Positions 13,272-26,104 of a stretch of DNA of 64,000 nucleotides are shown one piece after another. How positions within the stretch are numbered: the stretch's first letter is position 1; each line of letters begins with the position of its first letter. The notes beneath the pieces were generated by a model. It saw nothing but the letters and a program-made list of their open reading frames with translations, had not been told where the DNA came from and ran no database searches. Origin of the DNA: Macrostomum lignano (lineage: Eukaryota); NCBI GenBank assembly GCA_002269645.1, contig NIVC01001914.1:158287-222286 (forward strand), written 5' to 3'. A program made the translations under genes and the position numbers.

Positions 13272-16200
13272 TTAGGACTTAGAGAATTGCGTCTCCCAGC
13301 AGTTTTGACTGCCGCTGGACGCTAGCACCACCGGGGCCGGGCTGCTGGGCGCCTCATCGGGCAGCGAGCTCAACGGCGGCAAAGGCGGCGGCCCGTTAGT
13401 CAGCATCAGGCGATTGGTGGCCAAACTGTTACTGCGTTTAAACGCCATGGAAGCCAGCCGGCCCTTGACGCTATAATTATCTTCGACATCAAAGGAAGCC
13501 GCCGACGGTAATTTTGGCGCCGTCGAAGTCGGAACCAGGTGCAAACTGACGCGCAATTCGTGCGACGAATCTGTCGACACGTCATCGCCGTCGTCGTCAA
13601 CGCTGCTGCTGTCGTCTTGTTGTTCGACATCTTCAGCTGCCTCTAGCGGCGGCGTCGATCCTCTTGCGGCGGCAATCGACGACGGCTTTGGCGGAGGAGG
13701 TCGCGGCGGCGGCGGCCGTTTCGGCGGCTGTCGTTGCAGATTGCCGATTGTGTTGAAGATCTTAGTGGAGTCGACGCTAGACTTGTCGGTGGGGCTCTGG
13801 AAAGCGATGTCGAGATTTTAGGAGATCTGAGTTCTGGCAGAGCCGGGACATTTGCGTCTGGCATATTAATCACAAACCTTGATTTTGGCGCTGCCATCTC
13901 TTAACTTTGATTTTGGCACCGCCATCTCTTAACTTTGATCTTGGCGCTGCCATCTCTTAACTTTGATTTTGGCGCCGCCATATCTTAACTTTGATTTTGG
14001 CGCCGCCATATCTTAACTTTAATTTTGGCGCCGCCACCTCCAAATTTGATTTTGCCGCCGCCATCTCTAACTTTGATTTTGGCGCCGATAACTTATTTGA
14101 TTTTGGCGCCGCCATCTCTAACTTTGATTTTGGCGCCGCCAACTTATTTGATTTTGGCGCCGCCATCGCTAACTTAAAATAGTTCATCGTGTAACTCGTA
14201 CTCGCAATAAAAGCTTACCTGAATGATTGCGGCATTGCGCAGACCGGACATTGTGACAGGCCTAGGCCGGGTCATCACAGGCGGAGAACTGGTCCCCCCG
14301 CCGTCAACAAGATCATGAGTGGAAGTTGATGTTTTAGATACGGGCGCCTGCTGCTGCTGCTGTCGCAGGTTGCTGCTTTCGCCGGGATATAGGGTTGTGG
14401 CTCGAGGGCCGGAGTGGTTGCTAGGTAGATGGCGAGCAAACGAGCGCATCGCCACAGTCTGTTGGAAATTGTTTTGTAAAGGTTGTTTGAAATTTAGAAA
14501 AGAAATAACTTTAAATCACAAACATCCTTAAATCCCACAAACACAGATCCTAGAATCCCAGAGTCCCCATACTCAGATCCCAGAGTCCCCATACTCAGAT
14601 CCCAGAATCCCCATACTCAGATCCCAGAATCCCCATACTCAGATCCCAGAATCCCCATACTCAGATCACAGAATTTCCCCATACTCAGATCACAGAATTT
14701 CCCCATACTCAGACCCCAGAATCCCTCCATATTCAGATCCCAGAATCCCCATACTCAGACCCCAGAATCCCTCCATATTCAGATCCCAGAATCCCCATAC
14801 TCAGATCACAGAATTTCCCCATACTCAGACCCCAGAATCCCTCCATATTCAGATCCCAGAATCCCCATACTCAGACCCCAGAATCCCTTCATATTCAGAT
14901 CCCAGAATCCCCATACTCAGATCACAGAATTTCCCCATACTCACATCCCAGAGTCCCCATACTCAGATCACAGAATTTCCCCATACTCACATCCTAGAGT
15001 CCCCATACTCAGATCACAGAATTTCCCCATACTCAGATCACAGAATTTCCCCATACTCACATCCCAGAGTCCCCATACTCAGATCACAGAATTTCCCCAT
15101 ACTCACATCCTAGAGTCCCCATACTCAGATCACAGAATTTCCCCATACTCAGATCACGGAATTTCCCCATACTCAGAGCCCAGAATCCCTCCATATTCAG
15201 ATCCCAGAATCCCCATACTCAGATCACAGAATTTCCCCATACTCAGACCCCAGAGTCCCCATACTCAGACCCCAGAATCCCCATACTCAGATCCCAGAGT
15301 CCCCATACTCAGACCCCAGAATCCCCCATAATCTGATCCAAGTGTTCTTCCACACTCAGATCCCAGAATCCCGTCAAATCCAAATTCTCCCAAACTCAGA
15401 TAAAATAATCCCCAATCCCAAAAAGCAGAGCTGCTCACTGTCCCCGTCGCCGCTCTCTTTGCCCCCTCTCCCGTGGCAGTCAGCAGAGACTTCTTGAGTG
15501 CCCGATAATTCGGCAGCAGCTTCTTGCGCCGAATCAGCGCTTCATCGGCTGCCCGATTGAACATCAGGTATTGCTCATCCTGGGGACTCGTCAGGTAGCG
15601 ACAGACGAATTCGGAGAACATCTGCGAGCTGAACAGCCTGGGTAATGGAACAGTGAGGGATAATTTCCCACTGAGGATAAAATAGATAGGGGATATTTTC
15701 CCACTGGGATAAATTTAACAGGGGATATTTTCCCTCTGGTGATAAATCAGGTGAAGGATATATTACCCCTGGGTTTAAATCAGGTAGCGGATATTTTACC
15801 TCTGGGGATAAATTAGGTAGGGGACAATCCCCCCCCCCTGGGGATAAATCAGGTAGAGGAAAATTTCCCTCTGGGATAAATAAGGTACTGGACAATTTCC
15901 CTAAGGAGGATAAATTTAATAGGGGATATTTTCCCTCTGGCGATAAATCAGGTGGAGGATATATTACCCTGGGTTTAAATCAGGTAGCGGATATTTTCCC
16001 TCTGGGGATGAATCAGGTTGGGGACAGTTTCCCCCTGGGGATAAATCAGGTTGGGGGCAATTTCCCCCTGGGGATAAATCAGGTTGGGGACAGTTTCCCC
16101 CCCTGGGGATAAATCAGGTTGGGGACAGTTTCCCCCCTGGGGATAAATCAGGTTGGGGACAGTTTCCCCCCTGGGGATAAATCAGGTTGGGGACAGTTTC

Positions 16201-19200
16201 CCCCCTGGGGATAAATCAGGTGGGGGGCAATTTCCCCCTGGGGATAAATCAGGTGGGGGGCAATTTCCCCCTGGGGATAAATCAGGTTGGGGACAGTTTC
16301 CCCCCTGGGGATAAATCAGGTTGGGGACAGTTTCCCCCCTGGGGATAAATCAAATGCTAATGCAAATTCTAATTACCTTCGCAGAAAGCTGTGATAACTA
16401 TCCGGACTAAGCTTCAGATACTGCTCATCATCGAACGGTTCACCTCTAATAGCCAGAGCCCTCAACGGTGCCAATAGCTCTGCATTGATGCGCAGAAAAG
16501 TCTGAGAGAAATGCGTATCAGCCACCGGAGCCTGTTGCTTGCTGCCAGCAGGCAGTTGCAATTGCTTTAAAGACTTTTTCGCCCGTTTAACCAGAGAAGT
16601 CGGCAGGCTGGGCTCGTCAGGTTCGCCATCGGTTTGGGCCATAAAAATATCGCCAGACTCGAAGTCAACTCGAATAAAATCGGGATCGGAGAAGTTCGCT
16701 TCAATCTGTTTCTCATTGGCTAAGTAGAGAGGCTGGGCCAGACCGAAGATGTAGGGAACCAGACAGCCAATGTGGTCGATATTGGAGTCGGATAGAGTCG
16801 GTACCAGCAGGTGCTCCCAGGACATTGGGTAGAGCAGCGACACGAGCCCCATCACTGATAGACTCAATTGGCGAAGCCGCTTGCCAACGAACAATATCTT
16901 CTTTTCTATAAGCATCGCGGCCAGAATGAATACCAGGGTGTCTGCACAGCTCACCTGGATTGAGAGTTCAAGATGGGCAAGTGAGATTAAGGTGGGGTAA
17001 TACACGAGGTTTAGGATCAGATTTTAACAACTAAATAAGGAAGCGATGGTTTGAAGTTCAACAGAATAAGAGTGGAGAGAAGTTCAATGGAGGCAGAGAG
17101 GCCCAGAGGAGGGAGAGAGTCAGAGGAGGGAGGATCAGAGGGAGGATTAGAGGAGGAAGGATCAGAGGAGGAGAGGATCAGAGGAGGAGAGGATCAGAGG
17201 GAGGATCAGAGGAGGAGAGGATCAGAGGGAGGATCAGAGGAGGGGAGGATCAGAGGAGAGGAGCAGAGGAGGGAGGATCAGAGGGGGGGAGGATCAGAGG
17301 GAGGATCAGAGGGAGGATCAGAGGAGGGGAGGATCAGAGGAGGGGAGGATCAGAGGAGGGAGAGGGTCAGAGGAGGGAGGATCAGAGGAGGGAGGATCAG
17401 AGGAGGGAGAGGATCAGAGGAGGGAGAGGATCAGAGGAGGGAGAGGATCAGAGGAGGGAGAGGATCAGAGGAGGGGAGGATCAGAGGAGGGGAGGATCAG
17501 AGGAGGGAGAGGGTCAGAGGAGGGAGGATCAGAGGAGGGAGGATCAGAGGAGGGAGGATCAGAGGAGGGAGGATCAGAGGAGGGAGAGGATCAGAGGAGG
17601 GAGAGGATCAGAGGAGGGAGAGGGTCAGAGGAGGGAGAGGATCAGAGGAGGAGAGGATCAGAGGGAGGATCAGAGGAGAGAGGATCAGAGGAGGGAGAGG
17701 GTCAGAGGAGGGAGGATCAGAGGAGGGAGGATCAGAGGAGGGAGGATCAGAGGAGGGAGGATCAGAGGAGGGAGAGGATCAGAGGAGGGAGAGGATCAGA
17801 GGAGGGAGAGGATCAGAGGAGGGAGAGGGTCAGAGGAGGGAGAGGATCAGAGGAGGAGAGGATCAGAGGGAGGATCAGAGGAGGGGAGGATCAGAGGAGG
17901 GAGAGGGTCAGAGGAGGGAGGATCAGAGGAGGGAGGATCAGAGGAGGGAGAGGATCAGAGGAGGGAGAGGATCAGAGGAGGGAGAGGATCAGAGGAGGGA
18001 GAGGATCAGAGGAGGAGAGGATCAGAGGGAGGATCAGAGGAGGGGAGGATCAGAGGAGGGGAGGATCAGAGGAGGGAGAGGGTCAGAGGAGGGAGGATCA
18101 GAGGAGGGAGGATCAGAGGAGGGAGGATCAGAGGAGGGAGGATCAGAGGAGGGAGAGGATCAGAGGAGGGAGAGGATCAGAGGAGGGAGAGGATCAGAGG
18201 AGGAGAGGATCAGAGGAGGAGAGGATCAGAGGAGGGAGAGGGTCAGAGGAGGGAGGATCAGAGGAGGGAGGATCAGAGGGAGGATCAGAGGAGGGAGGAT
18301 CAGAGGAGGGAGGATCAGAGGAGGAGAGGATCAGAGGAGGGAGGATCAGAGGAGGGAGAGGGTCAGAGGAGGGAGGATCAGAGGAGGGAGAGGATCAGAG
18401 GAGGGAGAGGATCAGAGGAGGAGAGGATCAGAGGGAGGATCAGAGGAGGGGAGGATCAGAGGAGGGGAGGATCAGAGGAGGGAGAGGGTCAGAGGAGGGA
18501 GGATCAGAGGAGGGAGGATCAGAGGAGGGAGGATCAGAGGAGGGAGGATCAGAGGAGGAGAGGATCAGAGGGAGGATCAGAGGAGGGAGGATCAGAGGAG
18601 GGAGGATCAGAGGAGGAGAGGATCAGAGGGAGGATCAGAGGAGGAGAGGATCAGAGGAGGGAGGATCAGAGGAGGAGAGGATCAGAGGAGGGAGGATCAG
18701 AGGAGGGAGGATCAGAGGAGGGAGGATCAGAGGAGGAGAGGATCAGAGGGAGGATCAGAGGAGGGGAGGATCAGAGGAGGAGAGGATCAGAGGAGGGAGG
18801 ATCAGAGGAGGGAGGATCAGAGGAGGGAGGATCAGAGGAGGAGAGGATCAGAGGGAGGATCAGAGGAGGGAGGATCAGAGGAGGGAGGATCAGAGGAGGA
18901 GAGGATCAGAGGGAGGATCAGAGGAGGAGAGGATCAGAGGAGGGAGGATCAGAGGAGGGAGGATCAGAGGAGGGAGGATCAGAGGAGGAGAGGATCAGAG
19001 GAGGGAGGATCAGAGGAGGGAGGATCAGAGGAGGGAGGATCAGAGGGAGGATCAGAGGAGGGAGGATCAGAGGGAGGATCAGAGGAGGGAGGATCAGAGG
19101 AGGGAGGATCAGAGGAGGGAGGATCAGAGGAGGAGAGGATCAGAGGGAGGATCAGAGGAGGAGAGGATCAGAGGAGGGAGGATCAGAGGAGGGAGGATCA

Positions 19201-21167
19201 GAGGAGGGAGGATCAGAGGAGGAGAGGATCAGAGGAGGGAGGATCAGAGGGAGGATTAGAGGAGGGAGGATCAGAGGGAGGATCAGAGGAGGGAGAGGGT
19301 CAGAGGAGGGAGAGGGTCAGAGGAGGGAGAGGGTCAGAGGAGGGAGAGGGTCAGAGGAGGGAGAGGGTCAGAGGAGGGAGAGAGGGTCAGAGGAGGGAGA
19401 GGGTCAGAGGAGGGAGAGGGTCAGAGGAGGGAGAGGGTCAGAGGAGGGAGAGGGTCAGAGGAGGGAGAGGGTCAGAGGAGGGAGAGGGTCAGAGGAGGGA
19501 GAGGGTCAGAGGAGGGAGAGGGTCAGAGGAGGGAGAGGGTCAGAGGAGGGAGAGGGTCAGAGGAGGGAGAGGGTCAGAGGAGGGAGAGAGGGTCAGAGGA
19601 GGGAGAGGGTTAGATCTTTACCATAGATGCATAGAAGACACAATTTAATTAAAACTAAAGTAGTTAGTTAGTTCAAAACATTCCAAGCACTTGTGTTCTG
19701 CTGTGTAGTTAAAAATAGCCCACAGAACAGAGTCGTAGCTTTACTATCTCAAGCAGTCAGTCTTATTAGCACATTGTCAGTGGTGACTTGATGCGGAGAG
19801 CGTGCATAGATTAAGCCGTTATTCCAAAGATTGCATTTGTTGACACAGAGATTTATGATGCGGTATATCTACATGTACAGAACTAGGAGTATGAACCAAG
19901 AAGTTATTTGAACTAACTCTTAATATAGTTGTTGTGATTACGACGTAGTAAGTTAGGCAAACATCACGGTTTACAAGCAGAAATGTTAAATGTATTAAAT
20001 GCGCTAAAAGATAACTGCGCCAGAAAGAGAGAAATTAAACCTTATTTCGATGGTAAAAAGTCGACATTCTAGATTAAACCAGCACAAAACTACGTAATTA
20101 GAGATAAAAACTGATGTTCCTGCTTCACCCACTGCTTCTGGTTAATTTACCGGGTAGCTAAACCAATGATTACCCATTGCCTTACAGGTTGGCTAAACCC
20201 TGATTACCCGTTGCCTTACAGGTTGGCTAAACCCCTGATTACCCGTTGCCTTACAGGTTGGCTAAACCCTGATTACCCATTGCCTTACAGGTTGGCTAAA
20301 CCCTGATTACCCGTTGCCTTACCGGTTGGCTAAACCCCTGATTACCGGGTAGCTAAACCCTGATTACCCGTTGCCTTACCGGTTGGCTAAACCCCTGATT
20401 ACCGGGTAGCTAAACCCTGATTACCCGTTGCCTTACCGGTTGGCTAAACCCCTGATTACCGGGTAGATAAAACCCTGATTACTGGTTGCTTTACCGGGTA
20501 GCTAGCTTTCAGCTCGGGGTTGCTATCCGGATTCCTAGAAAACAACTCAATCTCCGTATCCTTTCCAGAGTCCACCAACCTTATTGAACAGCTCCATCAG
20601 CGGACTGCACTGAGTCAGGCCGGGCAGTTGATTGTCTGGAGGCGCAGTACGTCGCAGCACGAAGTGTTGAAAGCTGACCCCAGCCAGGTCAGTCAGGGTG
20701 GCTGAAGGCCGCAGTTTATCGCAGGCAGCCAGTTTGGTCAGGGCACCCTTAACCATAGACAGATTCCTGCTAGATTTGTGCACCAACAGGTGAGACAGAC
20801 ACTGCAACAGTTCCGGAAACACTTCGAACAGAGGATGATGCGACACAATGGCTAAACAGCGCAGACCATTAGCATTATCCTCGTCCCGATAATATTTCAC
20901 AAATAGGAATGTGAACACGGAATTGATGTCAGTGAATACGCTGCACAGAGAGTCGGAGAGGTGATCGAATTCATACCAACTGGGCATGGCGTACTCCACT
21001 ATGCGCTTCTCCCACTCTTCAAGCACATTTAAACTGACGTCAAGTGGGCAGTAGCGAAACTCTGACACGGGATCAGCTCCCGGGCTGTTGCGATGCAGCT
21101 CGTAGAAGAATTCAAATAGGCGCGCCTGACCGCCAGACTTTAATCGGCTGCGCATGCCGAACTTCAT
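13272..21167 (-). CDS. DENND1: DENN-domain Rab GEF, DENND1/connecdenn-like, ~709 aa; exons 21167-20580, 16954-16377, 15637-15439, 14458-14219, 13796-13272
   Basis: MRSRLK..LFEFFYE; CLAIVSHHPLFEVFPELL; AMLIEKKILF..LYPMSWEHLLVPTL..PYIFGL; QMFSEFV follow the DENND1 uDENN/cDENN/dDENN order, then a Pro/Ser-rich tail. All four GT-AG junctions keep frame (phases 0,2,0,0). The last acceptor is the least certain. Confidence 0.85.
13870..14175. repeat. 28-bp minisatellite TTAACTTTGATTTTGGCGCCGCCATCTC in DENND1 intron 4
   Basis: ~11 visible copies. Confidence 0.93.
14540..15400. repeat. ~22-24-bp minisatellite CCCATACTCAGATC(C/A)CAGA(A/G)T in DENND1 intron 3
   Basis: Directly visible. Confidence 0.95.
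15655..16350. repeat. ~33-35-bp minisatellite GGGGATAAATCAGGTTGGGGACAGTTTCCCCCCT in DENND1 intron 2
   Basis: Directly visible; degenerate copies on the left, homogeneous copies 16020-16350. Confidence 0.93.
17090..19612. repeat. 2.5-kb purine-rich array (GAGGATCAGAGGAGG variants) in DENND1 intron 1
   Basis: Directly visible; 11-17-bp variant units. Confidence 0.97.
20148..20500. repeat. ~34-bp minisatellite CTAAACCCTGATTACCCGTTGCCTTACAGGTTGG in DENND1 intron 1
   Basis: Directly visible, ~10 copies. Confidence 0.92.
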
Positions 21168-22281
21168 GACTGGCTGTTGGTATTGTATTCAGAATACAAT
21201 TTTTCTCTTTACAATGTTATATATTGGACATGCTCATTTTCATCTTAAAGCAACAATAATTTCTGCAGGATAATTGTGTGGCAGTCATTATGCCAGGTGC
21301 TGACTGAGAGGGGCCATGTTTCCTAGAAAAATCCTGTTCATGGCACTAAACTACAACAATCATATATCATCTAACATAGCTGCACATTATTTCTTTAAGT
21401 TGTATTTCCTATTAATTGGACAAAGAAATAACAAGAAACTACTGTTATTTCTTTTTCTGCATTGAAAGTTGCTGGATTTTGCTAGCTTCCAAGCCTTTTA
21501 TGATAGGAACCTTAAAGTCCCTAGGGTTGAGGATTCAAGCAATAGAGATTTTTATGCCATATGCACATTGTATAATTTGGAGATAATTACCATATACTAA
21601 ATCTCTAATATGGACTAAAGTTAAGATGAATGCAATCATAGCAATTATTCCAAACATTTTACTAAAAACATTTAATGAATAAGTTAAATTGCTATTATTC
21701 TTAACTTCTTGATTATTTTAATGTTAATTATAAAGTAAGTATTGGCAATGCTGGATTTAATATCATTAAATATTAAAGTAAATTACAGGAAAACAGTTTG
21801 CTATAGATATAAATAAAGATATATTTAGATTAAGTTATTAACAAGCAATGTTAAATAACCATTCTTCTTTCGTGGTACACTTTAACAATTAAAAATATTA
21901 GCATTAATAGATTAATTAGTATAAATTGGCCAACTAGATGCTATTTAGACCTAATCTAGATTCTTGATTATCTCCAGAGTGCAAATCTTGAGTTTCAAAA
22001 ATCTCATATGATACTATCTAAACTTTAGCTATGGCATAATTTTAGCACCATTAGTATTTATAAAATACTATACTATAGTATACCATTAGTATCTTATATC
22101 TAAAGACAAGTGAACCAATTGGGCTTAATGTGTATCTCCTCCTAGATGGCTGGCAACTCAAATGCAGGACTTATATAAATCAATGTAGAATTTTCCTATA
22201 CAACAAATAGGCTATTTTAAAATTGAAAATTAAAATGACATCAGTCAAACATATTAGTATAAATATAGAGCTGATATAGTA

Positions 22282-22383
22282 TCCATATACTAAAAATGAG
22301 TTGTTTGTTTGTACAAAATCGATTTTCTCCTGAATGGCTTGACCAATTTTGTTCGAATTTGCACTGTTCAATCAGAAATTTTC
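22282..22383 (+). mobile_element. Truncated 5' terminus of the Helitron-like family (A|TCCATATACTAAAAATGAGTTGT...)
   Basis: Reverse-complement homolog of the termini at 25700-26004 and 27405-27528. Confidence 0.6.
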
Positions 22384-22489
22384 CAAATTAAGGCTATTAG
22401 TATAGCTTTAACCCTTTCACACTAGAGCTAGAAATACAAAAGCTCCATTCTTGCCAACATGGTCAGCTGGGCTAACCATAGACCATAGG

Positions 22490-22626
22490 CAGTCGGGGAC
22501 CGAAAAAATCAAAGGGGGGACCAAGCGAATTTTTGCCAAAAACAGAGCCACCCCTCCGCCGCCCCCTCTCCTGGGACTTTACCCTCAGAATCCGCCCCCC
22601 TTGAAAAATTTCTGGTTGCGCTACTG
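22490..22626. mobile_element. 137-bp hAT-type MITE
   Basis: Perfect 8-bp target-site duplication ACCATAGG (22482-22489 and 22627-22634); termini CAGT...ACTG with imperfect short TIR; GC-rich interior in AT-rich DNA. Confidence 0.75.
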
Positions 22627-23534
22627 ACCATAGGTAGAATCTTATTGTGCCCTTGTGCAAAGCCTTTCTAGTTTAGAAAGGAGCATTTTGAACTCAGCTT
22701 AGACAAATATAGGGATGAAAAAAACAGTTTCAAAGTGCATTTTACTTAATGTTTTTTTAAATAGATTACACAGTGTATATACTCAATATCTAGCTATAGA
22801 GTATAGACACAATCTATGGTTCACTTTAAAATCTACAAGCATGCCTTTTTGAAAGAGAAAGCACTATACCTACTTAATAAGTACTCAATTAAAGTAGTGC
22901 ATCATTTTATTGAAAATTAAATCAGCTACAACCATGGACATTTTGCATACATTTGATTCTGAGACTGATGACATCATCACAGATTATGCTGAAACCAAGT
23001 TGCTATATTACATTGCAAATAACTAGGACTTTTTTCACCCATTTTTTGTATGATCAGCATTGCTGACCATACTCAGCAAGAATAGCTACTATGTAACAGA
23101 TAACTTTTCTTTTACCATAGACTCCAAAAAATTACCAGCAGTAAAGGCTGTTGGTCCATGGTCAGCTCTGCTTATTAATAATACACTATTATAGATTAGG
23201 AAAAATAGATGCCAAACCACTTTTGCTTAGTGATAGCTTTTTCTAAATAAGGAATTGATAAATGTAAAAAGAAATATTTGCCTATTCTTTGTTTTATAAC
23301 TAATAGTAATACAACTTTATTCTTATGTATTCTATAGATTTTAAAGGTGGTTACAAAGGTGTAAAGTACATAGAAATTCTATTTTAGACATAAACTAGCA
23401 ATCTTCGCCACCCGTTGGGGGACATCTGGATAGAATCTCTGTTCTCTACAAGTAACAAAAAGACAGCCAAATAAAGCCTTCACAAAGACAGCAGACAAAC
23501 TGCTCAAATAAATTGTAATGCAAAAAGAAATCAT

Positions 23535-23745
23535 CCCAAGACAGCAAGCATCCCCCAGATTGCAAGCATCCCCCAAATAGCAAGTATCCCCCAGATAGCA
23601 AGCATCCCCCAGATAGCAAGCATCCCCCAAATAGCAAGCGTCCCCCAGATAGCTAGCATCCACCAGATAGGAAGCATCCCCCCTCCCGGATAGCAAGCAT
23701 CCCCCAGATAGCAAGCATCCCCAAATAGTAAGCATCCACCAGACA
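23535..23745. repeat. 19-bp minisatellite CCCCAGATAGCAAGCATCC
   Basis: ~11 copies; a second shorter block at 26110-26190. Confidence 0.93.
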
Positions 23746-23834
23746 ATAAGTAGCTAGTGCAACAATTTCCTTAGCTCTATAGTGACTCCTTTAAAATTGG
23801 CATGACGCTTACTTTTACGTTTGAAATTGTGTAT

Positions 23835-25210
23835 CTTTTATGTTTGACATTGTGGCTCTTTTATGTTTGACATTGTGGCTCTTTTATGTTTGACATGGTG
23901 GCTCTTTTATGTTCTACATGGTGGCTCTTTAATGTTTGACATGGTGGCTCTTTAATGTTTGACATGGTGGCTCTTTTATGTTCTACATGGTGGCTCTTTA
24001 ATGTTTGACATAATGGCTCTTTAATGTTTGACATGGTGGCTCTTTTATGTTCTACATGGTGGCTCTTTAATGTTTGACATGGTGGCTCTTTTATGTTCTA
24101 CATGGTGGCTCTTTAATGTTCTAAATGGTGGCTTTTTATTTTCAACATGGTGGCTCTTTAATGTTTGGCATGATGGCTCTCTGATGTTTGACATGGAGTC
24201 ACGAATATACTTGACATGGTGACTCTTTAATGTTTCACATTGTGGCTCTTTAATGTTTGACATGTTGGCTCTTTTATGTTTGACATGGTGGCTCTTTAAT
24301 GTTTGACATGATGGCTCTTTTATGTTTGACATGGTGGCTCTTTAATGTTCGACATGGTGGCTCTATAATGTTTGACATGGTGGCTCTTTAATTTTCGACA
24401 TGGTGCCTCTTTAATGTTCGACATGGTGGCTCTTTAATGTTAAACACGGTGGCTGTTTAATTTTTGACATGGTGGCTATTTAATGTTCGACATGGTGGCT
24501 TTTTAATGTTCGACATGGTGCCTCTTTAATGTTTGACATGGTGGTCCTTTTATGTTTGACATGGTGGCTTTTTTATGTTTGACATGATGGCTCTTTTATG
24601 TTTAACATGGTGGCTCTTTTATGTTTGACATGGTGGCTCTTTGATGTTTGACGTGGTGGCTCTTTAATGTTCGACATTGTGGCTCTATAATGTTAGACAT
24701 GGTGGCTCTTTAATGTTCGACATGGTGGTCCTTTTATGCTTGACATGGTGGCTCTTTAATGTTTGACATGTTGGTCCTTTTATGTTTGACCTGGGGCACC
24801 TTAATGTCTGTAATGATGGTTCTTTAATGTTTGAAATGGTGGCTCTTTAATATTTGACATGGTGGCTCTTTAATGTTTGACATGGTGGCTCTTTAATGTT
24901 TGACATGGTGGCTTTTTCATATTTGACATGGTGGCTCTTTTATGTTTGACATGGTGGTTCTTTTATGTTCGACATGGTGGCTCTTTTATGCTTGACATGG
25001 TGGCTCTTTTATGTTTGACGGGGTGGCTTTTTAATGTTCGACATTGTGGCTCTTTAATGTTCTTCATGGTGGCTCTTTAATGTTTGAAATAGTGGCTCTT
25101 TAATATTTGACATGGTGGCTCTTTAATGTTTTTCATGGTGGCTCTTTAATGTTCGACATGGTGGCTCTTTAATGTTCGACATGGTGGCTCTTTAATGTTT
25201 GACATTGTGC
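23835..25210. repeat. 23-24-bp minisatellite TTTGACATGGTGGCTCTTTAATG
   Basis: ~58 copies; a second block at 26290-26910. Confidence 0.96.
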
Positions 25211-25264
25211 ATTTTTTGTGTTTAGCATTTTGTGTTTTTAAGGTTTTTGAATAAAAAAATCTTT

Positions 25265-25335
25265 TTGCACTACTAAGATTCGAACCCAGGTCGCTGCATC
25301 AGCAGTCCAGTCTGTTCGCATCTATGCTATCTCTT
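25265..25335 (-). ncRNA. tRNA-derived (Pol III A/B-box) cassette, probably a pseudo-tRNA or SINE head; more decayed copy at ~26965-27040
   Basis: Minus strand GATAGCATAGATGCG...CTGGA CTGCTGA TGCAG...GGGTTCGAATC, followed shortly by a T-run. Confidence 0.45.
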
Positions 25336-26104
25336 GTCAGTTGGAGAACATGAATTGTGGCACTTATAATTAAATTCTTATAGCAAATCGGTAAGAGTAA
25401 AAAGTTATGACATAATCAATTTCTCAGTCAGCCAGTATCAGTCTCAATTTAAGTTAGCAATATGGTTACACAATTTTAATCAAGTCTTGTGTGCATTTCT
25501 TTGGCACTGGTTGTGATGTAATCCTTATCACAAGTGGAATTCAGTCAGTCAGTTTTTTCTCTAGCATTCTTACAATGCATTTCAGGTCGAAAGAGCTGCT
25601 TGACCTTTGCAAAAAAGCATGTTTTTCGAATATTTAATCCCTTTAATATTGAGCAATTTCTTAGCCAAGATGCATGTACCGTCCCAGGAAAATTTTTGAT
25701 CAAATGGTGCAAGTTTGAAGAAAATCAGTTGAGCCGTTTTTTCTAAAATCTATCGCATAGCTAGATAGATAGATACAGACAACTCATTTTTAGTATATGG
25801 GATCGGTTGAGCCGTTTTTTCTAAAATCTATCGCATAGCTAGATAGATAGATACAGACAACTCATTTTTAGTATATGGGATTCAAGCATACAAACCTTAG
25901 AGATTTAGTATATTTAGATGGTGCAAGTTTGAAGAAAATCGGTTGAGCCAATTTTTCTGAAATCTATCGCATACCCACAGACAACTCATTTTTAGTATAT
26001 AGGATTGTGCACGGGGAGATTTTATAATGTACGATCTTTTCTTGCAGTCTACATTTATAGTTCTCTAGCCTGGCGACAAAAATACTACTTTACTGGGCGC
26101 ATTC

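Larger units (their letters stand above)
23395..26004 (-). mobile_element. Non-autonomous Helitron-like element (copy A) with internal 19-bp and 23-bp minisatellites, tRNA-like cassette and triplicated 5' end
   Basis: Minus-strand 5' A|TC ends at 25802, 25880 and 26004, followed by an (ATAG)n or AC-rich microsatellite-like tract. Putative 3' weak hairpin plus CTAG|T at 23398-23395. No TSD. Terminal layout resembles Lep1/DINE-1-type elements. Confidence 0.5.

Noticed and set aside
17051-19648. 865-aa RGG/GSEE-rich ORF
   Set aside because: The purine repeat lacks stop codons in all frames and the peptide pattern flips with indels. It lies antisense inside DENND1 intron 1.
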